From the NCBI GenBank assembly GCA_031426555.1, contig JANPLN010000015.1, positions 160,001-224,000 of the forward strand: 64,000 nucleotides of DNA. Direction: 5' to 3'. The position numbers and the translations under genes are program-made. This DNA comes from Bdellovibrionales bacterium (GTDB lineage: Bacteria > Bdellovibrionota > Bdellovibrionia > Bdellovibrionales > JAGQZY01). The notes beneath the pieces were generated by a model, which was not told the DNA's origin, did not search any database, and worked only from the letters and a program-made list of their open reading frames with translations. Positions 58,538-64,000 of the stretch are shown here, in pieces. How positions within the stretch are numbered: position 1 is the stretch's first letter; every line of letters starts with the position of its first letter.

Positions 58538-58735
58538 ATGGAGGACCTACTGAATTACTTTGAACAGGTGCAGTACGAGTCGAGGCCGATGTTTTATGCG
58601 GCCCTCTCTTTGTACGCATTTTTATCCAGGGAAATGACTCCTCTGAGTTTTGCGTGTGGAGTCATTTTGGCGGTCTGTAGCTTTTACGTGTTCAAAATGC
58701 GTTATGTTTACCGCTCTCGTTTGATGAAGAGATAG
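58538..58735 (+). CDS. Small membrane protein (tandem paralog 2)
   Basis: Shares LL...EQ.QY..RP..YAAL.LY.F and CG..L with 58332-58529. Confidence 0.7.
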   Translation: MEDLLNYFEQVQYESRPMFYAALSLYAFLSREMTPLSFACGVILAVCSFYVFKMRYVYRSRLMKR

Positions 58736-58767
58736 ACTCTGCATTATATTTTCGATAGCTTTAGGGC

Positions 58768-59208
58768 ATGGGCATTTGGACAAAATTAAGGGCTCTGCCT
58801 TCGGCAGCTCTCATCGAAAAATCAAGACTCTTTACAATGATCTTAGTTTGGGTTCTTGGCTTTATCGTCATCATTCGCGGCTTGGCCCTCGTCCAATTTT
58901 TACTGGATTTGGATTATTCGGAAGTCAACATGGTCCGCTTGATTCAATTTGTTTTTCTTAAGATTTTGATTCTCAGTTTTCTCGGTTACTATATGCGCTT
59001 GCTGTGGCGACGACCTCACCGACTGGCTCTCGGATTTTTAATTTTCTTTTGTGTGGCTAGTCTTTACCAGTATCGCGATTTGGTGTCTGTGTTTTCGTCG
59101 TTGAGTATCGGAGTTATTACCTTCTTACTTTATCTTAAATTGTACGTCTCGGAGAAGAGCCTCGAAGCACCCGAGCCTAATGCGGTGCAAATTCCTAGCA
59201 ATAAATAA
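58768..59208 (+). CDS. Integral membrane hypothetical protein
   Basis: About four hydrophobic helices. Confidence 0.6.
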   Translation: MGIWTKLRALPSAALIEKSRLFTMILVWVLGFIVIIRGLALVQFLLDLDYSEVNMVRLIQFVFLKILILSFLGYYMRLLWRRPHRLALGFLIFFCVASLYQYRDLVSVFSSLSIGVITFLLYLKLYVSEKSLEAPEPNAVQIPSNK

Positions 59209-59265
59209 CCCCTCAGGTATTTTTAAAGAACTGGGATTTTTAATCCCCCCAGGGAGGGAAGTTAT

Positions 59266-59712
59266 ATGAAGCATGTATTCGCTTTAGTTTTATTTTTTGC
59301 CGCCAATGTGCACGCCATTGATGACTACAATTTTACGTGCGATGTCGAGAGTGATGTTATTGCAAGCATTCCAGGTTTGAAAAAGGCCCCAGAAAGTCCT
59401 GTTGTGGGCTTGAAAATCAAAGTTTTAAAGAGTGAGGTTCCGTTGTACCTCATCAAGGCCTCCAGTTCGAACGGCGATAAAAACTTGTTTGTGACTGATT
59501 GGGTTGCTCCTTCGGAGCTCAGTCAAGAGGGGCTAGATTTGCTGGATCTGTTGTCTTTGTTTAAAGGCATTGATGTTTCAAGCCTCGAGTCCTTGAGAGC
59601 CGGACTGCCCACAGACTTACTAGATACCTTTGCCTATCTAGAGTTGAAGGATCAGTCCGGAAGCATCTACAAGCTCGGTTTCGACGGGCTTACGATGTAT
59701 GACTGTCAATAG
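59266..59712 (+). CDS. Secreted hypothetical protein
   Basis: GGAGGG RBS; signal peptide ending NVHA; Cys near both ends of the mature region. Confidence 0.7.
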   Translation: MKHVFALVLFFAANVHAIDDYNFTCDVESDVIASIPGLKKAPESPVVGLKIKVLKSEVPLYLIKASSSNGDKNLFVTDWVAPSELSQEGLDLLDLLSLFKGIDVSSLESLRAGLPTDLLDTFAYLELKDQSGSIYKLGFDGLTMYDCQ

Positions 59713-59847
59713 TTAGAATCTGACTGTAAACAGTTTCGACAGCTGTCACGCGCCCTTTGGCACAGTTGACGCCAAGGGGTACCCAAGTTCGCTGTACGAG
59801 TTCCTATAAGCACGGTGATTGCTATTTCTCTAAGTAGGAGAAATACC

Positions 59848-60744
59848 ATGTTCCATAGATTCTGCATTCAACTGATTGTTCTTTTGTTACCTCTGGCGAC
59901 ATTTGCCAGCGGTAGAAACTATATAAGCAACGGCTTTATCATGCTGCCAAGCCCCAGTGAAACCACTGAGGCCGCTCCCCAGGTGGGAGTGTCTGAGGTG
60001 ACAAGCGCATCGGCCGCCGTAGCACCGGCAGACGCGGAGTCTCCGCAAGCTGTGCGCACTTCAAAACGACCCGAAGCGCGCCCGGCAGGGCTCACCACTC
60101 AGACAGCTCCGCCGAGCACTCCCGGCCTCTATGATATGCGCGGCTGTACTTATAATCGCGGATCAACTGATCCAGATTGTTATAGATCCATGTCTACAGT
60201 GGATCGCGCCCGTCGCATTATGCATGCTGTGAATTATATCAATGGTTTGCACGAAACCCGCTTTGATGGGCGATACATGCTTTGCACAGGTTACCGAGAG
60301 TCCAATTTTAATCCTGGAGCGAAGGGTGCCGACGGCGAACGCGGAATGTTCCAAGTGATGAAAGCCACCGGACGTGGTGCTCTGAGATATGGCGTTGAGT
60401 TGCCAGAATTCGACCGCATGAACAGCGAAAACTACATGACCAGCATGAGAAATAGCACGGTGGCTCAGGTTGAGTTGTCGTTTTTAGTTTTAAAAATGAA
60501 GTTGCACGAAGATTGTAACGGTGGGCGAGACGCCCCCGCGTGCGGACGAAGAACTAAAATTATGAGCGGCCGCGGTGAGACCGACGACTACCGCCGCTTG
60601 GCAGGTAAATACAATGGCGGCGGTTACAGTTCGACCTATGCAAAGCGTATCTCCTCCTGTTACAGTTGTTTACGAGGAAAAATGTCGGCGACGGCAACCA
60701 ACATCGGAACCGAAATTCAAAGCTGTTTAAACAAAGCGAAGTAA
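59848..60744 (+). CDS. Secreted SLT-domain lytic transglycosylase-like protein
   Basis: Signal peptide ending TFA; RESNFNPGA (catalytic ES), GMFQVM, KYNGG; ATG at 59848 with AGGAG RBS. Confidence 0.78.
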   Translation: MFHRFCIQLIVLLLPLATFASGRNYISNGFIMLPSPSETTEAAPQVGVSEVTSASAAVAPADAESPQAVRTSKRPEARPAGLTTQTAPPSTPGLYDMRGCTYNRGSTDPDCYRSMSTVDRARRIMHAVNYINGLHETRFDGRYMLCTGYRESNFNPGAKGADGERGMFQVMKATGRGALRYGVELPEFDRMNSENYMTSMRNSTVAQVELSFLVLKMKLHEDCNGGRDAPACGRRTKIMSGRGETDDYRRLAGKYNGGGYSSTYAKRISSCYSCLRGKMSATATNIGTEIQSCLNKAK

Positions 60745-60753
60745 GGACTATTT

Positions 60754-61239
60754 ATGCGAATGATTGCACTCACTGTTTTATTGATCTCGAATGTTTGTTT
60801 TGCAAAAAGCAGTTTGCTCATTGGAGCTAGCACCAGCGATAGCTTTTTAGCCGATGTAGCTACAAGCAACCCCATGCAGGTGATTGTGCAAAATCAACAG
60901 TCACAAAAAAGCGAAATGATCAATTTTGAAAACACAGTCAGTGATCTTAAAAAGCTCACGATTAAAAAAGCCAATTCCACAAATTCCATGGAGTTATTGT
61001 TGGTTGTTTTGACAGTGGCAGATAAAGAGCAAGCCGTGCTGGTGCTCGATTTGCAAAAAGCCAACAGCTCTCTTTGTAAGCTTCGCAACGAAGGCGACTT
61101 TTCATGGTCTGACGATCAAGAACTCATGTCCCGCGTGCGCATTACTAATAAAAATCAAAAAGAATTCCTGCAGTTTAAAATCGGCAACCGCAAAACCGGC
61201 AGCACCAAGTTCTCGTGGATGAATTGCGGCGTAATTTAA
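60754..61239 (+). CDS. Secreted hypothetical protein
   Basis: Signal peptide ending VCFA; AGGA RBS; 9 bp after the SLT gene. Confidence 0.7.
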   Translation: MRMIALTVLLISNVCFAKSSLLIGASTSDSFLADVATSNPMQVIVQNQQSQKSEMINFENTVSDLKKLTIKKANSTNSMELLLVVLTVADKEQAVLVLDLQKANSSLCKLRNEGDFSWSDDQELMSRVRITNKNQKEFLQFKIGNRKTGSTKFSWMNCGVI

Positions 61240-61242
61240 CAG

Positions 61243-62058
61243 CTATTGTGGCAGCAGAAAAGAAGCTATTTCTTTTTTGTAGGCGTCTGGAAATAGTTTA
61301 AGCCCATCCAGGTGGTGAGCGTTCGCGATGGTCCACACCTTTATATTTAACTCCGAATGATCTTTAAAAATTCCGTTGATGTTTTTTGGAAATACCAAAG
61401 GATCCAGCGTGCCGCGAATGGAGAGAATGGGAATAGTCTTGTTCCAACTGCGCAGAGCTTTTTGCGATCTGCGAAACGCATTGGGGCCCCATAAAAAAAC
61501 CGACACCGTGGTGAACAGCGCGCGCAGTGGGGCGGTGGGGATGTGCCAAATCTGTGTAAGTAAACGATAGGTACATTGCCAAACTTCTTTAAACGGACCA
61601 CTGTCGCAAATCAGATGGGTCACATCTGTGCGTTGGGTGCCCGCGATGATTCCCGCAATGGCGGGACCCGACATGGCAAAAATAATTTTTTGTCCTTCTA
61701 CGGAATCGAGCACGTCATGCACTTGTTCTACCCAAACTTGGTACATAAATTGAAAGTTCTTAATAAACCCAAAGGGATGGGGATCCCTAATGGAGCTCGC
61801 TCGGTAGAGATTAAAAGTAACACAGTGAAAGCCAAGCTCGTTAAATAGCTGAACATGGCGGTGCAAAATCCGGTGATTGCCCCACATGTTGTGAATCAGC
61901 ACCACAGTTGGCGTCGCACCGCCTGGCGAAGTCATCTCGAGCGGAGCGAGGGACCCTGCAATGGCCACTTTACCTGGCGTAAAGTAAATCACGGTCCCGC
62001 GACGGCTCACTCGTTTTTCGACCGTCGATTCTAGTTTTTGTTCCAAAGTTGTTGCCAA
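61243..62058 (-). CDS. Alpha/beta hydrolase-fold protein
   Basis: VVLIHNMWG; AMSGP nucleophile-elbow-like turn; ICDSGP; GTLDPLV; HHL. Confidence 0.7.
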   Translation of the reverse strand: MATTLEQKLESTVEKRVSRRGTVIYFTPGKVAIAGSLAPLEMTSPGGATPTVVLIHNMWGNHRILHRHVQLFNELGFHCVTFNLYRASSIRDPHPFGFIKNFQFMYQVWVEQVHDVLDSVEGQKIIFAMSGPAIAGIIAGTQRTDVTHLICDSGPFKEVWQCTYRLLTQIWHIPTAPLRALFTTVSVFLWGPNAFRRSQKALRSWNKTIPILSIRGTLDPLVFPKNINGIFKDHSELNIKVWTIANAHHLDGLKLFPDAYKKEIASFLLPQ

Positions 62059-63998
62059 TCTGTTCCAGCGCTCGCGCCAGTATTCAAACTCGCTTGCGAG
62101 GTTTGTTCCAAAACACTCGTGGTCAGGCGAACAGATTCCATGGCGGTTTCTGAAAGAACTTTTCCGCAGGCTTCCAAAATCGCTTCACTGTCGATGTGAT
62201 GATAGTGATAAATATCCACCGGTCGTCCGCACTTGGAATGCTTCCGCACAGCCAAGGCTTCTTGTTTCACACCCACGATACTTCCGAGGTTATCCAACAA
62301 GCCAGGTTCGCCATCGTGCACACTCACAATGGGAATTCGACGGCCCGACAGAGTGATAATTTCTCCTTGAGTGGAGTGTCCGTTGAGTGCCGGCTGCAAG
62401 TATAAATCGCCCGAAATACCGAGTTCTGCTTTTAACAGAGCGTAATTGTTCTGATGAGCCAGCGTTCCGCACAATAAATCCGACGACGTCACCACAATCA
62501 CGTTGCCGTAAATACCGCGGGCCAAAAGATTTTCTGAGGCCGTGACGGCTTCGGTCACGAGCGACCCCATGCAAAAAATATTCACCACGTTGTCGCCAGG
62601 TTCGTAATTTTGATAACCGCGATAATCCACCAGATAATAAGCCCCGCGCAAAATATCGGCGCGCATGGACTGCATAATTTCGGCTTCGCCTAAGCTTTCT
62701 AAGGTGGCTTCGTCCACCGCTCCCTCAAGAGGGTAAGCCGAAACACAAAGCTTTGTTTGCCCGTCGAAGTTAGTTTTAAAACGTGTTTGTTTTTTAAGAT
62801 TTTGCACCCAAATTTTTTGGTCGATTCCGCGAGTCACGCCGCGAATCAAAACTCCGTTGCGCCCTTCGTTGTCGCCTGTCATATGGCGACGAACAGCGTC
62901 CGACAAAATCCAGTCGAGCTCTTGGCAAAATGCCGGCTCCCACGTGATTTGATTGGGAATCTGAAAGTCGGACTTCCAGCCGTGTTGCGCGCCTTCAGGC
63001 GACAGAGTTACGCCCGACGGTGTGCCCACTAAAATGAAGCTGGATTTCCAATAAAGATTGTAAAAGTATTGATCGAGCGCACGCTTAATAAAAAAATCGT
63101 ACACGGTCATAAGCGGGAGAATTGGAATTCCCAATTGATCCCGCAATTTTCCATAGGAACCTGCGCAGGACATGGTGTTGGCTTCCACAATTTCGAAACG
63201 TAAAAAGCGATCCGAATTGTCCTCACCAGGAATTAAATCTGGCGACTTTGTATCCTTCACCCCAAGCTCGGTTTCAATGTCCTGCACCACCTGGGCGCCA
63301 AAGATTTTTCCGTCCATGGCAGGGTTCAGGTTTGTGCTAGTGCCCACATCAGGAGCCATGGTGGTGAGCATCTCTGCGGGAAGTTTCCAACGAACTTCTT
63401 CTTCACTTAAAGATTTTTGGCCGTCTTTGATTTTAGCAGCCATGCGATGGGTGTTGGCAATTCGTGTGAGCTTGGCCGTGCACTGCCCCAGCATCCACTG
63501 CGTGTGGGGATGATTGGCCATTTTAAAATTGATGTTTAAAGAGTCCGGAATTCCACCATCTTTTTCCATTTGCGTTTGAAACTGCTGCCAATTCTTTTCT
63601 TTTAACTTTTTCTGCTCGTCGATTTCGTTATACAGTTTTTCACCGCGCTCGCTTAAAAATTTTCCAGCCGGAGTTTTAGCTTCGAAGCCTGCAAACAGAG
63701 TTGTGCCGCTCAAACCTTGCGTTTTTTGTAACAGATCCATTTCTTCTTGATCGGGGAGTGCCGAGTGGTTGCTCTGCGACGCCGCCATGTCTAGACCCCA
63801 GCCCTTGAGGGTGTGGGCGATGATGATGGTTGGCTGCTGCGTGGTTTTTTTACTTTTCTCAAGCGCTTCGGCCACCGCTATGATGTCGTGGCCGCCAAAA
63901 TCGCGAAGGGCAAAATATAAATCCTCTTCCGACGTGTTCTTTAAAAAGTCTTTCAACTGCGCAAAGCGATTCTGTATTTCGGTTTTTAAAACTTTTTT
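62031..63998 (-). CDS. aceE: Pyruvate dehydrogenase E1 (homodimeric AceE-type), 5' end outside the window
   Basis: GGHD, IIAHTLKGWG, PDVGTSTNL, YDFFIKRALD, GTPSGVTLSPEGAQH, WEPAF; frame open to the window edge. Confidence 0.82.
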   Translation of the reverse strand, partial: KKVLKTEIQNRFAQLKDFLKNTSEEDLYFALRDFGGHDIIAVAEALEKSKKTTQQPTIIIAHTLKGWGLDMAASQSNHSALPDQEEMDLLQKTQGLSGTTLFAGFEAKTPAGKFLSERGEKLYNEIDEQKKLKEKNWQQFQTQMEKDGGIPDSLNINFKMANHPHTQWMLGQCTAKLTRIANTHRMAAKIKDGQKSLSEEEVRWKLPAEMLTTMAPDVGTSTNLNPAMDGKIFGAQVVQDIETELGVKDTKSPDLIPGEDNSDRFLRFEIVEANTMSCAGSYGKLRDQLGIPILPLMTVYDFFIKRALDQYFYNLYWKSSFILVGTPSGVTLSPEGAQHGWKSDFQIPNQITWEPAFCQELDWILSDAVRRHMTGDNEGRNGVLIRGVTRGIDQKIWVQNLKKQTRFKTNFDGQTKLCVSAYPLEGAVDEATLESLGEAEIMQSMRADILRGAYYLVDYRGYQNYEPGDNVVNIFCMGSLVTEAVTASENLLARGIYGNVIVVTSSDLLCGTLAHQNNYALLKAELGISGDLYLQPALNGHSTQGEIITLSGRRIPIVSVHDGEPGLLDNLGSIVGVKQEALAVRKHSKCGRPVDIYHYHHIDSEAILEACGKVLSETAMESVRLTTSVLEQTSQASLNTGASAGTDWQQLWNKN

Positions 63999-64000
63999 AT

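Overview
Gene-dense bacterial chromosome segment. Gene content and order suggest Bdellovibrionota, but this is an inference. Housekeeping flanks are: a biotin operon (bioB fragment, bioF, fused bioD-bioA, BioE-like ferritin-fold diiron protein), yceI-like, mscL and an M16 peptidase on the left; tadA, rpsU-yqeY-dnaG-rpoD and a tRNA(CAT) in the middle-right; and a PAS hybrid kinase, an SLT-like lytic transglycosylase and a partial aceE on the right. The main feature is a ~34 kb accessory cluster (about 9.2-43.4 kb) encoding 11 radical SAM enzymes. Eight have an N-terminal twitch Fe-S domain, and one of these is frameshifted in an A8 tract. They are interleaved with two Asp/Asn beta-hydroxylase-type domains, a Kdo-hydroxylase-like enzyme, an amidinotransferase, a PLP enzyme, a methyltransferase-like protein, a carbamoyltransferase with SxtJ/SxtK-like partners, three membrane-anchored SGNH proteins and two HTTM-like membrane modules. 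No scaffold synthase, precursor peptide or mobility gene is visible. A twelfth radical SAM lies in a variable region downstream of the tRNA, near a secreted Asn/Gly/Ser repeat protein with an HExxH motif. All family calls come from reading motifs by eye; no database searches were run.
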